A stretch of DNA of 64,000 nt. Origin: a virus. Taxonomy: Duplodnaviria > Caudoviricetes. A model generated the notes under the pieces. That model was given only the letters and a program-made list of their open reading frames with translations. It was not told the DNA's origin and searched no databases. A program made the position numbers and the translations under genes. Each line of letters begins with the position of its first letter. The first letter of the stretch is position 1. The stretch is from positions 151,311-215,310 of IMG/VR virus record IMGVR_UViG_3300031998_000006. One strand, given 5' to 3'. Of this stretch, positions 16,452 through 26,651 are shown one piece after another.

Positions 16452-18187
16452 TAGTAGCTCATCACGAATACTTTACCGTTCAAATAAGTAAACAGCACTC
16501 GTGCAGTTGCCATATCCCTCAACTGGGTATAGTTGTTGCTCTGTGTTCCGGGCGCTCCATAGTTCGGAGAAGGTGCGGCATAGAATGCCGGGTAGATGAC
16601 ATTATCCGAACCACACTCGCTACCCCAATACTTTACATAAGTTGGCACACTGTTATAGCCCACAAACCGAATCGCTGGCTTTCCAAAGCTATTGTAATCC
16701 AAAGTGCCACCACCGGAAACCTTGTTGGTAACGGGACTTGCTTGGTCACGATAAGTCACAGCGGGGTTGCCGATAGTTGTGGGGTCTGCCATCGGAAGCC
16801 AGACCGAGTGAAGGTTCACTTCGTAAACCACACCTTCTTTAAGTTCGTCGATGGCGATGTACAAAGTCAATCTTGGATTCTTTATCCAAATATTAGTGGT
16901 GCTAGTTGCTCCAGGTGTAAAATCATTGTAGTCGAGAATAGCATACCAGAAGTACCAATCAAGTTTGGTAATCGCACCGTGCTGGAACGAGAACCCCGGA
17001 TAGCCCGAATACCAATTAGGGGATGCGGGTTCGCCACTACTATGACGAGTACCCATATCCTGCTTCGGAGTCAAGAACCGATTCTCATTAGGAAGGACTA
17101 CCAACAACTGGGCTTCATTGAATGAAGAAGCTGACCCAAATCCGTTATCAACAATATACGGATGAATTAAACCCGGATTAAAAGAGTCGTCCGCAATGGC
17201 GTGAACCAAAAAGTCAGAAATTATGGCGCTACTGCCACCTCCACCGCTGACCGCAGAAGCATAGCCCCACTTAACGGTGCCATCCTTATAAATGGTAACA
17301 GTATTACCTTCCGATGCATTGACAAAACGGAACTCAAAGCTATCCCATCCGCTCAACTGGTAACGAGATGTGCTATAGTTATGGGTCACTACAAGAATAG
17401 GTTCTGTGTCCCAGTCAGCAACGGATGCCTGCATCTGGGCGTACAGACCATTTTTGATTGTAGTTGGATTAACAGTGTCTTTTCCGTGGATGCTATATTG
17501 AGTGGAAAGTCCGCTTCCAGTCATCCAGTTGCCATACACGATGGAGGGGCGTAGACCTCCAAAATACTCATCGGGGCTTGCATCGCTACCCGTGTAGGTA
17601 AACATCAGCCCAAGACCCAAACCTTCTATTACCAACTGGAAATTATCCGGACGGCAAATATTCGTAGTGTGAGTCAGCTTGTAAGAACCAATCTTGGCGA
17701 TACCCGCGTTAGTATTGTAGCCAGCGGTTTCAACATAAGCCGTAGGCGAGGACCAGAAATTAAACCCACCGGCAAGGTTCTGCACGATGTACGGATGCGA
17801 CGAATAAATGTTCATCATATCCTTCGTGACAAAGGCATCCCAGCTACCGCCAACCTTAAAGTCGGAGCAATCTATGATATTAAGAAGTTCATAGGTAAAC
17901 TCAAGGGGCATTCTTCCCGTATCGGCGTCAATGTAGATGTTGACGGGGGCTTTAGCAAGAACCGTACCGGATTCATAGCCATCCGTGCCATCGGGCTTGC
18001 TACAAATCAACAGACCCACGTCGATATAAGTAAAGGACGGATGCTTTTCAACATAGGCATCAAACATCTTCTGGGTAATCACGAAATCGTAGTGAATAGA
18101 CCTAGCCAACTGGTTAGCGGCTTCGGGCTTGAACACGTCGTCGATTTGGTAATCGGTATGAATCTGTTGGTTCGGGTTTGTCTGCAT
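16451..18187 (-). CDS. Putative virion structural protein
   Basis: Long G/S/T/Y-rich ORF; start chosen after a GAGG RBS. Confidence 0.55.
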   Translation of the reverse strand: MQTNPNQQIHTDYQIDDVFKPEAANQLARSIHYDFVITQKMFDAYVEKHPSFTYIDVGLLICSKPDGTDGYESGTVLAKAPVNIYIDADTGRMPLEFTYELLNIIDCSDFKVGGSWDAFVTKDMMNIYSSHPYIVQNLAGGFNFWSSPTAYVETAGYNTNAGIAKIGSYKLTHTTNICRPDNFQLVIEGLGLGLMFTYTGSDASPDEYFGGLRPSIVYGNWMTGSGLSTQYSIHGKDTVNPTTIKNGLYAQMQASVADWDTEPILVVTHNYSTSRYQLSGWDSFEFRFVNASEGNTVTIYKDGTVKWGYASAVSGGGGSSAIISDFLVHAIADDSFNPGLIHPYIVDNGFGSASSFNEAQLLVVLPNENRFLTPKQDMGTRHSSGEPASPNWYSGYPGFSFQHGAITKLDWYFWYAILDYNDFTPGATSTTNIWIKNPRLTLYIAIDELKEGVVYEVNLHSVWLPMADPTTIGNPAVTYRDQASPVTNKVSGGGTLDYNSFGKPAIRFVGYNSVPTYVKYWGSECGSDNVIYPAFYAAPSPNYGAPGTQSNNYTQLRDMATARVLFTYLNGKVFVMSY

Positions 18188-18218
18188 AATGGACCTCTTT
18201 CCATCAAATCTATAAATT

Positions 18219-21143
18219 TTACAAGGCTTCCGTTGTGGCAATAATCTGCTCACGGAAGACATACACGGAGTTCACAAGTTCCTCAAGTTCCTTGGCGTAA
18301 TCGTCGAAGATGCCGAAGCGGAACTCCACAAACTTGCCATTGTCCGCAGGCAACTGACCCACGAACTTCGGAGTGGATATATTAAATTCGGACAAGTCGT
18401 CTTGCAACTGCTTCAACCTCTTTCCGTTATCTCCGCAAAGACCGGCAAGGTTTTCGGCAAGAAGGTACATTTCGTGGATAATGTCCATCACGGACCACTT
18501 TTCCGGGTCAACATACTTGGCACACTTCGGGATTGGATTCCGCATCGTGATGTAGTGGTACTTCGTTCCGCTGGGACTAATGGCATCTACAGAGAGAATC
18601 TTACCGATAGAGTTTTCCGGTACAACGGACACGGACACACTTTCGCAAGGGAATATGTAGAAATCGTAGCCATCCCTAGACCCGTAGGACTTGGACTCCT
18701 TATCCAGATATTCGTGATACACCGCCATGCTGATTTGGCGAGATTGCGACATATAGGACGAATGGTAATAGATTACCTCTGCCGGGTTGGAGTTCTTGTA
18801 GTACAGACTAGAACCGGACTTGATTCTAGTGTATGCCGACTTGAACTGGTCGAGGGGCATTTCAAGGTAGTGCCAAGACTGCATCGAGAGCAGATTGCCA
18901 TAGACCCCGAAGCAAGGGAACTTCGTTTCTCTACCCTTGTTGATGGAATAACCCACTACTTCCGCAAGCTCTTCCGTGGCGTCGGAGGTAGTTGCCACAA
19001 ACGAATGGTAAAGGGTCACGAAAGTATGAGATTCGCCAAGAGCCTTTGCGGTAGCGGGGAGTTCGCCATCCGGAAAGAAGTAGTTGCCTATTTCTTCGGT
19101 TGTTTCCCACGCTATCCCATCTGTTGTAGGCTGGGGCATACCACATGAATGATGCATAGACAAGGCATCTGGCAGATTGCCTACGATGATGGGGTCATTA
19201 GAAAGCATACCGGCATCGTACTGATAGCCAATCACATAACCCGAAAGCTGACCGTCCTTGAGTACACTTTCATCAATCTCCAAGCCACTAGGCAAGCCCC
19301 CAAATGTGGACTTGAGTACTTTAGTACGATTGCTAACATTCAGCATCCTACTCACGTTGTCTTCAAGCGAATGGATGGTCCGCTTATCGGACGGAAACAT
19401 TATGAAAGTAGGGGCATCCACGGATATGCCAACAACGCCGTTATCCCCTTCGGCTGTCACACCCGTAATATCTTGACTGCCATCAGCCTTGTAGATATGC
19501 TTCAACTTGATGTTATCATAACTGACCGTGTAGGTGGAATAGGGTACACCAAAAGTCTGCCGTTTAGCATCGTCCAGACCACCCCACAAGACCACATCGG
19601 GCAAGTAGGACGGAGCGGATGCATAGGTCTGCTGTGCATCAATCAAGCCGGTCACACGGGCGGTGTCCACGAACACCTTCATAGCACGATTATAGAAATC
19701 CTGCCACGCTTCGGATGCATCCAATTCGGGGTGGGCAACGATGTAATAGTTTTCCATCGCCTGCCACACACCAGCCATATCCTTTACGGACTGGTGGACA
19801 TCCATATTAGTAATCCAATCGTGATAGGACACGAAGTTAGCCGGGGGGTCACCAACCACGGCATTCTGCATATCAATGAAATCCTTCAAGGTGGTGGGCT
19901 GCTTGCCGAACAAGGCACACTGGGCTATAAAGTAGTCAGCCATTGCCGCACGGATGGTATCGTAGGCGGTCTGCCAAATATCCATCAAGTTCACGATTTC
20001 GGGCGTGAACACATCGTCGAGAGCTGACTTCGCTTCCGCAAGAGCTGCGGAATCCGCATCGGGCTTAATGTCAGTTCCGTTCAAGGACATCTTGTCCGTG
20101 TCCAACTGGGCAAAAGTCTTGCCGGTCTGCAACGGCTTCGGCAATTCCTTCTCAACTTGCCCCGGAATGGCATTGCCCTTGTCATCCCTCGCCTGCTCCC
20201 CATACTTCCTTCGGGGGTACATATTGTTGACGAGCGGAAGCCATGCATCCGTGTAGGAACTACCCCAATACTCAAGTGCCTGTTGGAGCATCCGCATCGT
20301 ATTCGGCAGATAATACGGAGAACCGTTCAAGTACCAAGTATCAGGATTCTGCCGGTCCAACTTGCCCACGTAGGATGGGTCACGGGTAAACATAATCGGG
20401 TCCGGCACGGGGAGCGGAATGGGGGAGAACCCTATTCCGGGAGGAAGGTTGCCCAAGCTAATCTTTTGGTCCGTGCCATAGCTTTCGGAAGCGATGGGCT
20501 TCTTGTACCAATAGGCGCAAGTGACATTAGGTACGATACTATCAAGCAGAGGGATGGGGATTCCCTTGAGGTACAAAGCACCCCAATATTGCTGAATCAT
20601 CCCAAGATAGGACTCAAGGCAAATAAGCCCGTCCGTCATAGAAATCATCGCAAGGAGGGCAGCCTTGATGGCAGCCTTTGCACCCGCTGCCACATCTCCA
20701 GCCATACTTCCCGTCTGGGTGGCAAGCAAGCCCACCATATCGTGCAGATACCAATAGTTCGCTTCGCCCATATACCTACGGAGAATCGGGGTGTCCTGGA
20801 TGATTTCCCACGCTTCCTTGGCAAAGTCAAGGGTCATCGTACTTTCAAAGTTTGCGGACAAGTCCTGAATCTTGTTAAGGAGTTCTTGATAGTTCTCCTT
20901 AATCTTTTTAAGGCGGTCCTCCCAATCGTTCAGCCACTTCTTAATCTGCTTGAGCGATGACTTCTTGCCCAAAATCATAGGATTCATCAGCCAGTGCATC
21001 GTATCATAGGCATTACGAGCGGTAAGGACCACGGACGAGATATACGGGTTGTTGTCATCTTCGGATATGGCGATGTTGTCGTCCATGATTGAATCGGACG
21101 GCTTTTCCTTGAGCAAAGAACCGATGCCAGAAAACAGATTCAT
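18219..21143 (-). CDS. Large hypothetical protein (974 aa), possibly structural
   Basis: Long ORF; no motif recognised. Confidence 0.7.
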   Translation of the reverse strand: MNLFSGIGSLLKEKPSDSIMDDNIAISEDDNNPYISSVVLTARNAYDTMHWLMNPMILGKKSSLKQIKKWLNDWEDRLKKIKENYQELLNKIQDLSANFESTMTLDFAKEAWEIIQDTPILRRYMGEANYWYLHDMVGLLATQTGSMAGDVAAGAKAAIKAALLAMISMTDGLICLESYLGMIQQYWGALYLKGIPIPLLDSIVPNVTCAYWYKKPIASESYGTDQKISLGNLPPGIGFSPIPLPVPDPIMFTRDPSYVGKLDRQNPDTWYLNGSPYYLPNTMRMLQQALEYWGSSYTDAWLPLVNNMYPRRKYGEQARDDKGNAIPGQVEKELPKPLQTGKTFAQLDTDKMSLNGTDIKPDADSAALAEAKSALDDVFTPEIVNLMDIWQTAYDTIRAAMADYFIAQCALFGKQPTTLKDFIDMQNAVVGDPPANFVSYHDWITNMDVHQSVKDMAGVWQAMENYYIVAHPELDASEAWQDFYNRAMKVFVDTARVTGLIDAQQTYASAPSYLPDVVLWGGLDDAKRQTFGVPYSTYTVSYDNIKLKHIYKADGSQDITGVTAEGDNGVVGISVDAPTFIMFPSDKRTIHSLEDNVSRMLNVSNRTKVLKSTFGGLPSGLEIDESVLKDGQLSGYVIGYQYDAGMLSNDPIIVGNLPDALSMHHSCGMPQPTTDGIAWETTEEIGNYFFPDGELPATAKALGESHTFVTLYHSFVATTSDATEELAEVVGYSINKGRETKFPCFGVYGNLLSMQSWHYLEMPLDQFKSAYTRIKSGSSLYYKNSNPAEVIYYHSSYMSQSRQISMAVYHEYLDKESKSYGSRDGYDFYIFPCESVSVSVVPENSIGKILSVDAISPSGTKYHYITMRNPIPKCAKYVDPEKWSVMDIIHEMYLLAENLAGLCGDNGKRLKQLQDDLSEFNISTPKFVGQLPADNGKFVEFRFGIFDDYAKELEELVNSVYVFREQIIATTEAL

Positions 21144-21149
21144 AATAGA

Positions 21150-21584
21150 TTACTTCTTGCGGTCGTTGAGGGGAGGGGCGTTCATATTTATCTTGTTCAG
21201 CACACCCTTGCCCATCAAGTAGTTGATGTAGGCATAGAGATGCTTACAAGGTGCGGCAACCTGTTTCGGGTTGTTAATTTTCTTGTTGACGTGTCCGGTT
21301 CCGGGGTAAGTAGAACCAATTTTAGCCAAGGGGTCTTGCACATAATACTGGAATGCGGGGCAGGAGCAATAGATGTAGGACACGGGGCTAGAATAGTTGA
21401 CCTTGCCAACCTCGTCCTTCTGCAACTCGATTTCCATTGTGTACATACCCGTAGAGCCAGTAGCCGTACCCTTGAGCAAGACATAGTGTCCGTTGTGCTT
21501 TGCGGAACTGTGGCGAACCTTCGGAGTTACCTTGGCGCTGAACACCTTGTAAAAGTTATCCGCTAGATTTTTGAGAGTTACCAA
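21150..21584 (-). CDS. SWIM zinc-finger-like protein
   Basis: YCSCPAF...PCKHL. Confidence 0.7.
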   Translation of the reverse strand: MVTLKNLADNFYKVFSAKVTPKVRHSSAKHNGHYVLLKGTATGSTGMYTMEIELQKDEVGKVNYSSPVSYIYCSCPAFQYYVQDPLAKIGSTYPGTGHVNKKINNPKQVAAPCKHLYAYINYLMGKGVLNKINMNAPPLNDRKK

Positions 21585-21602
21585 AATACAACCTCTTTAA
21601 TG

Positions 21603-22898
21603 TTATGCGAAAACGTAACGTTTCCATTTCCGCTGTTTATAGAAGTCACTAAAGACTGCATTACAAACATAGTCTGTTAGCAGGAAGCGATATTTGAGTT
21701 TCGCTTCTTTGACTTTTTGGAATAAGTTCTTCCAGGTCTTCACTCCATCAAGCGTTTGCTTCCATCGCTCGTCTTGAGTTTCAACGTTAAACTTGGGATA
21801 GAACCACCCCTTTTCAAATTTCTTATATGCCCTTCTAGCAATCTCGATGCTTGCAGAAACCATATCGGGAGTATTTGGATTTCCGTATGCAAAGTTGCCC
21901 ACAATAGATGAATAAGCAGGATTAACCTCAACGAACTCATACTTGTGGATGTTGGCAAGCATATTCAACTTGTTCACAAATAGTTGGCGTTCCCATCTGT
22001 TGTTGCAAAGCCTGTTAAAAGTCTTGCCCTTCTGTTTATCTGTAGGCTTGATAGACAGGTCTTCAATAGCCAGTTTACTGCACTTCCAATAATCAACCAA
22101 TTTGTTAATTTTGTGGGCAATCGCTACTGTTTCGTGCTTTAACTTATTCGTAGAATACTTGGATTTTGCATCCGATAAAGATTTACCACTAGGTTTTGTT
22201 AAGGCTGTAAGGTCATACACCTCTTTGTGAAGAACTCTTAATTCATCATTTTTATCAAACTCAATAACAGATACCCCTATGTAGTTGGGGTTCATATCTA
22301 TGCCTAACACTCTGTTATGCTTCAAACTCTTATAGGCTTCGTTGTAAATCAATGATTCATCATAGGTAAGATACAGGTGCTTGTCCGTAAACTTGACTGT
22401 AACAGGCATTTTCTTCTGTTCGGCTAACTCTTGAACTTTGGCTAACTCTTGTGCCAACTTTTTCTTTACAGAACAAAACTTTATTTCTTTGCGAATGTCA
22501 CGGTTCGGTTTATACCTTACAGTGTTATTCGCAAAATCAAACGAAAACAAGCGATTCCCGTGATAGTTAGACTCACCTATACTGCATAAGGGCATTTGCC
22601 GTTCCTGCTTAAACTGCTCTTTGGTAATCAAGCCTTTAAGGTATTGTTTTAGATTCCACTTACCACCGAACAGGACTTTTTTACAATTATTAGCATTTAA
22701 CAATCCGTGGGCTTCCTTTACAGCGGATGAAGCAAGCCAACAGTTTACACCGAAAATTTCTTTAAGTTTGTGCCATGTGGTATTCTCGGAGCAGCCCTCT
22801 TGAAGACGGTTATATGCCATACGGAACATACTGCTATACACACGGATAGCATCCGACAAGTTAGGTTTATTCGTTATGGCTAGTTTCAACGTCTTCAC
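21603..22898 (-). CDS. TnpB-related RuvC nuclease, paralog 1 (431 aa)
   Basis: VLGIDMNP, LAIEDL, VNPAYSSIVG, PDMVSASIEIARR; no Zn ribbon. Confidence 0.85.
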   Translation of the reverse strand: MKTLKLAITNKPNLSDAIRVYSSMFRMAYNRLQEGCSENTTWHKLKEIFGVNCWLASSAVKEAHGLLNANNCKKVLFGGKWNLKQYLKGLITKEQFKQERQMPLCSIGESNYHGNRLFSFDFANNTVRYKPNRDIRKEIKFCSVKKKLAQELAKVQELAEQKKMPVTVKFTDKHLYLTYDESLIYNEAYKSLKHNRVLGIDMNPNYIGVSVIEFDKNDELRVLHKEVYDLTALTKPSGKSLSDAKSKYSTNKLKHETVAIAHKINKLVDYWKCSKLAIEDLSIKPTDKQKGKTFNRLCNNRWERQLFVNKLNMLANIHKYEFVEVNPAYSSIVGNFAYGNPNTPDMVSASIEIARRAYKKFEKGWFYPKFNVETQDERWKQTLDGVKTWKNLFQKVKEAKLKYRFLLTDYVCNAVFSDFYKQRKWKRYVFA

Positions 22899-22954
22899 TC
22901 CACAAATATACATTATGGTAGCATTATTGCCAATGTTACCATACATAATTTAAG

Positions 22955-23770
22955 CTATCCTTCCACCCATCCGTTATCGGTATAGTAGAAATTTCCGTTC
23001 TTGACGCTATAACTCATAACAGCATCGGCAGAAGCCATCCCCACGATAACGGAATTATTGTTGGGTCTGCTATAGAAAAGGCTATCGGCGGCAACATTGA
23101 CGGTGCCACCTTCGGGTTCTGGATTCGGAGAAACGGGGGTGTCCTCCATAATGTCGTTGAGAAGCCGTGACACATCGTAGCGGAACTGGTCAAGACCGGC
23201 TTCCGCTCCCTCGTGGTTGCACCACATAGCGGGGCATAACTTGCCGGTAATTTGGTTATGCATAATTATGTGGTCAACCTTAATTCCGAACTCGTCACAG
23301 AGCCAAGCTGTCAGCATAACCGCGTTTGTATAAGCCCCATCGCTAAAGTACCAGTCCGTGTCATTGGGGTTGCATCTACGGAGACCGGCTTTGCAAGAAC
23401 AAATTTCAATGTTGATGGTGTTGCGATGACCAGCTACCCCGGCGTGGCTCATTGCGAGCTTGCCCCCGAACCATCCGGGGAGTTCGCACTTGTTCTTCTT
23501 GCCAACATCCGAACCGCAACTGAATGTGCAATAGTAGGTCTTCGGGTTGACCATCTCCCAGATTTCTTCCCTACCAACAAGGTAATGGGCATTCGAACCG
23601 CGTTCGGCATAGGACTTGTAGGCGGCTGTCATACCACCATGGCTATCGCTATTCTTGGAGAATCCCGATGTAAAGTGTATCACAATATAGGCAGGGGAGT
23701 TCCTACCCCACCGTTTGATATTTGCCCACAACTTGTGAGCAGACGATATAGACGGCTTTGAAACGCTCAA
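22955..23770 (-). CDS. N-acetylmuramoyl-L-alanine amidase (endolysin)
   Basis: YIVIHFT, NAHYLV, INIEIC, IIMH....GKLCP; SH3-like C-terminus. Confidence 0.85.
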   Translation of the reverse strand: MSVSKPSISSAHKLWANIKRWGRNSPAYIVIHFTSGFSKNSDSHGGMTAAYKSYAERGSNAHYLVGREEIWEMVNPKTYYCTFSCGSDVGKKNKCELPGWFGGKLAMSHAGVAGHRNTINIEICSCKAGLRRCNPNDTDWYFSDGAYTNAVMLTAWLCDEFGIKVDHIIMHNQITGKLCPAMWCNHEGAEAGLDQFRYDVSRLLNDIMEDTPVSPNPEPEGGTVNVAADSLFYSRPNNNSVIVGMASADAVMSYSVKNGNFYYTDNGWVEG

Positions 23771-23782
23771 AGTATAACTCCT

Positions 23783-25078
23783 TTAATTAAAAAGTAGTAA
23801 TTTCCACTTTCGTTGATTATAGAAGCCACTAAAGACTGCATTTCCAACATAGTTGGATAGCAGGAAACGATATTTGAGTTTCGCTTCTTTGACTTTTAGG
23901 AATAAATTCTTCCAAGTTTTAACTCCGGCTAGTGTTTGCTTCCATCGCTCATCTAGCGTTTCTACGTTGAACTTGGGATAGAACCATCCCTTTTCAAATT
24001 TCTTATATGCCCTGCGTGCTATCTCAATAGAAGACGCTACCATATCGGGAGTAGTTGGACCACCGTATGCGAAATTCCCTACGATTGAAGAATATGCAGG
24101 GTTTACTTCAACCAACTCGTATCTGTGAATGCCTGCAAGCATTTTCAACTTGTTCACGAACAGCGAACGGTCCCACTTATTGTTGCAAAGCCTGTTGAAA
24201 GTCTTGCCCATCTGTTTATCGGAAGACTTGATAGACAAGTCTTCAACAGCAAGTTTATTACACTTCCAACAATCCACCAACTTGTTAATCTTATGGGCTA
24301 TGGCTAGGGTTTCGTGCTTCAACTTATTCGTAAAATACTTGGATTTCTTGTCGGTGCTTGCTTCTCCGCTAGGCTTTGTGAGAGCCGTTAAATCAAACAC
24401 CTCTTTGTGCAGGACCTTAAATTCGTCAGCCTTATCAAACTCAATGACGGACACCCCTATGTAGTTGGGGTTCATATCTATGCCCAAAACACGATTATGC
24501 TTCAAGCCCTTGTATGCTTCGTTGTAAATCAAGGACTCGTCGTAAGTTAGATACAGGTATTTGTCCGTGAACTTAACAGTCACGGGCATTTTCTTTTGGT
24601 CCGCTAGTTCTTGGACCATAGCGAGTTCACGGGCGAGTTTCTTCTTGACAGGACAGAACTGAATTTCTTTACGGACACCACGAAAAGGCTTATAGACTAC
24701 ACGATTATTTAATAAACTAAAATCTACAAGACGGTTACCCTTAAACTGATATTCGCCTATACTACACAGGGGCATCAAGCGGTTCTGTTTGAACTGTTCC
24801 TTGGTAATCAAGCCTTTAAGATATTGCTTTAAATTCCACTTGCCCCCGAACACAATATGTCTTTGTTCTTGGGAATCAAACAAGGCGTGGGCATCCGTAA
24901 TAGCGGAACGTATTAACCAACAATTAACACTAAAGCGTCCTTTTATATACGCTGTAATTTGTTTCTCGGATAGCCCGTCTTGAAATCGGTTGAACGCAAC
25001 ACGCACCATACTGCTGAACACACGCATATCGTCCAACACATCGGGTTTGGTTAATGTTTGCAATTTAACCGTCTTCAT
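23783..25078 (-). CDS. TnpB-related RuvC nuclease, paralog 2 (431 aa)
   Basis: Same motifs as paralog 1. Confidence 0.85.
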   Translation of the reverse strand: MKTVKLQTLTKPDVLDDMRVFSSMVRVAFNRFQDGLSEKQITAYIKGRFSVNCWLIRSAITDAHALFDSQEQRHIVFGGKWNLKQYLKGLITKEQFKQNRLMPLCSIGEYQFKGNRLVDFSLLNNRVVYKPFRGVRKEIQFCPVKKKLARELAMVQELADQKKMPVTVKFTDKYLYLTYDESLIYNEAYKGLKHNRVLGIDMNPNYIGVSVIEFDKADEFKVLHKEVFDLTALTKPSGEASTDKKSKYFTNKLKHETLAIAHKINKLVDCWKCNKLAVEDLSIKSSDKQMGKTFNRLCNNKWDRSLFVNKLKMLAGIHRYELVEVNPAYSSIVGNFAYGGPTTPDMVASSIEIARRAYKKFEKGWFYPKFNVETLDERWKQTLAGVKTWKNLFLKVKEAKLKYRFLLSNYVGNAVFSGFYNQRKWKLLLFN

Positions 25079-25109
25079 ATCCGAAATATACATAATTCCT
25101 AGGAGATTG

Positions 25110-25511
25110 CTACAAGTCCTTGGACAAGGCTTCGTCGATTACATCCTTCTGCACATTATCCCAAAGGGTCATACACAAAGGAGCAGCAAGTTCCATATAG
25201 AGGGTTGTCTTGATGTCGAGAAGGGCATCGTCCGGGGTCTTTCCCTGGAGATAGTTGCTTGCAAAGAGAGCCAAGCAGACGTGAGCCATATTGGTAGCCA
25301 TAATGTCGGACAAAATCAGCGGAACACGGTTCCCGTCCTCCATCCTCGTCTTTGTGCATTCCTTGAAGGTGTCCGCAAGCATCTGCGTGTGCTTGGAAAT
25401 CTTGCTCAACAGAACGGACTCGTCGAAATTCTGCGACTTCAACGATGCAAGGAAAGAACCCTTGTAGGCATCGTACATCGTCATCCAATCATTCAATTCT
25501 TCTTGGGTCAT
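25110..25511 (-). CDS. Hypothetical protein
   Basis: ORF within the operon. Confidence 0.65.
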   Translation of the reverse strand: MTQEELNDWMTMYDAYKGSFLASLKSQNFDESVLLSKISKHTQMLADTFKECTKTRMEDGNRVPLILSDIMATNMAHVCLALFASNYLQGKTPDDALLDIKTTLYMELAAPLCMTLWDNVQKDVIDEALSKDL

Positions 25512-25522
25512 ACCTAAAATCC

Positions 25523-26293
25523 TTACGGCTTGTCCTTCCAGAACTTCTCGAGGATGCCAGCCTTGGCATACCGCTTGATTGCACCTTCCGCTGATGCGAG
25601 GTTACTATAGTGGGTAGGCACGTTGTAGAGAAGCTGGCTCAAAGTGTATTCGGGATGCTTCTGTGCTTCCATCTTGAGGGCATCTATGGTTCTTGCGAAG
25701 GTGGTGGAGCGCTTGCCTAGCTTGCTCCCTGCGGGGGCTTGATTCTCCCCTATCCTAGCAAAGCAATCCTTCCAGTATTCCATATCTGCCGGGAACTTGT
25801 AAATTCCGTTATTAGCTGGAGCGCAAATGTCATCTTGCCCGAACGGACTGTAACATCTTCCGAATCGGGCATCGTGTTCGTCCACGACAATCAATCCCAG
25901 CCCAAGCTCTTCAAGAATTACCTTCTTCGGGCTATAGAACCAGTCCTTCATCGTGTGGACTGGGATGGCTACATAGGAAGCGGTAGCCACGGTCCTCCAT
26001 CGGCAAGCCTGTGCAAACACCTTGTAGTTGAGTTCCGTCTTGGCTTCTACGGTGTACACCTCCCTGCCGTTTTCATAGACCATATCGCAAGACACCCCGG
26101 AGATGCCAACTTCTTCGTGAAGGGTAAAGCCCGGAAAGAGATTGGACTTCTTGAGGATGTCACAGAGTTCGACTTCGGAAAATGTCTTTTTCAATTTGCA
26201 ACTCCTATCGGAATGCTTGAATCCGTTGAATGCTTGACGGAACTCGTCGATGGTCAGGTCCGTGGATTTGTCCATTTTTAATGCCCCGTCCAA
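25523..26293 (-). CDS. PD-(D/E)XK nuclease-like protein (MmcB-like)
   Basis: EV...CDMV...VEAK...QA...SYVA...GLIVV. Confidence 0.6.
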   Translation of the reverse strand: MDGALKMDKSTDLTIDEFRQAFNGFKHSDRSCKLKKTFSEVELCDILKKSNLFPGFTLHEEVGISGVSCDMVYENGREVYTVEAKTELNYKVFAQACRWRTVATASYVAIPVHTMKDWFYSPKKVILEELGLGLIVVDEHDARFGRCYSPFGQDDICAPANNGIYKFPADMEYWKDCFARIGENQAPAGSKLGKRSTTFARTIDALKMEAQKHPEYTLSQLLYNVPTHYSNLASAEGAIKRYAKAGILEKFWKDKP

Positions 26294-26649
26294 TATCGGT
26301 TGATTTCCCGATTAAGTTTAGTCCAGTAGGCATCCTGACGATACCAGACGTACCTTGCATATAGAAGACGGATAGGATGGGTTGCCAAGGAAAATGACCG
26401 CATCAAGAGATAGCGAACTAGGTTGCAGACTTCACGGACAAACGGTTTAAATCCATATCCGAAATAAGAACTCCAATGAAAGCAGAACATACCCATTTCG
26501 CTATCCGTAGGGTCTGGCATTCCACAATAAGGACAATAGAACGGGCCATCGTCCGTTCCCTCCACGAAATGACTATTGCCCGTCCACAGACAATGCTTAC
26601 AATGGACGGGATAGTAATTTTCCCAATCGTGCTTCTGTAGCAATTTCAT
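26278..26649 (-). CDS. Hypothetical Zn-ribbon protein
   Basis: CKHC...CPYCG. Confidence 0.55.
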   Translation of the reverse strand: MKLLQKHDWENYYPVHCKHCLWTGNSHFVEGTDDGPFYCPYCGMPDPTDSEMGMFCFHWSSYFGYGFKPFVREVCNLVRYLLMRSFSLATHPIRLLYARYVWYRQDAYWTKLNREINRYWTGH

Positions 26650-26651
26650 TA

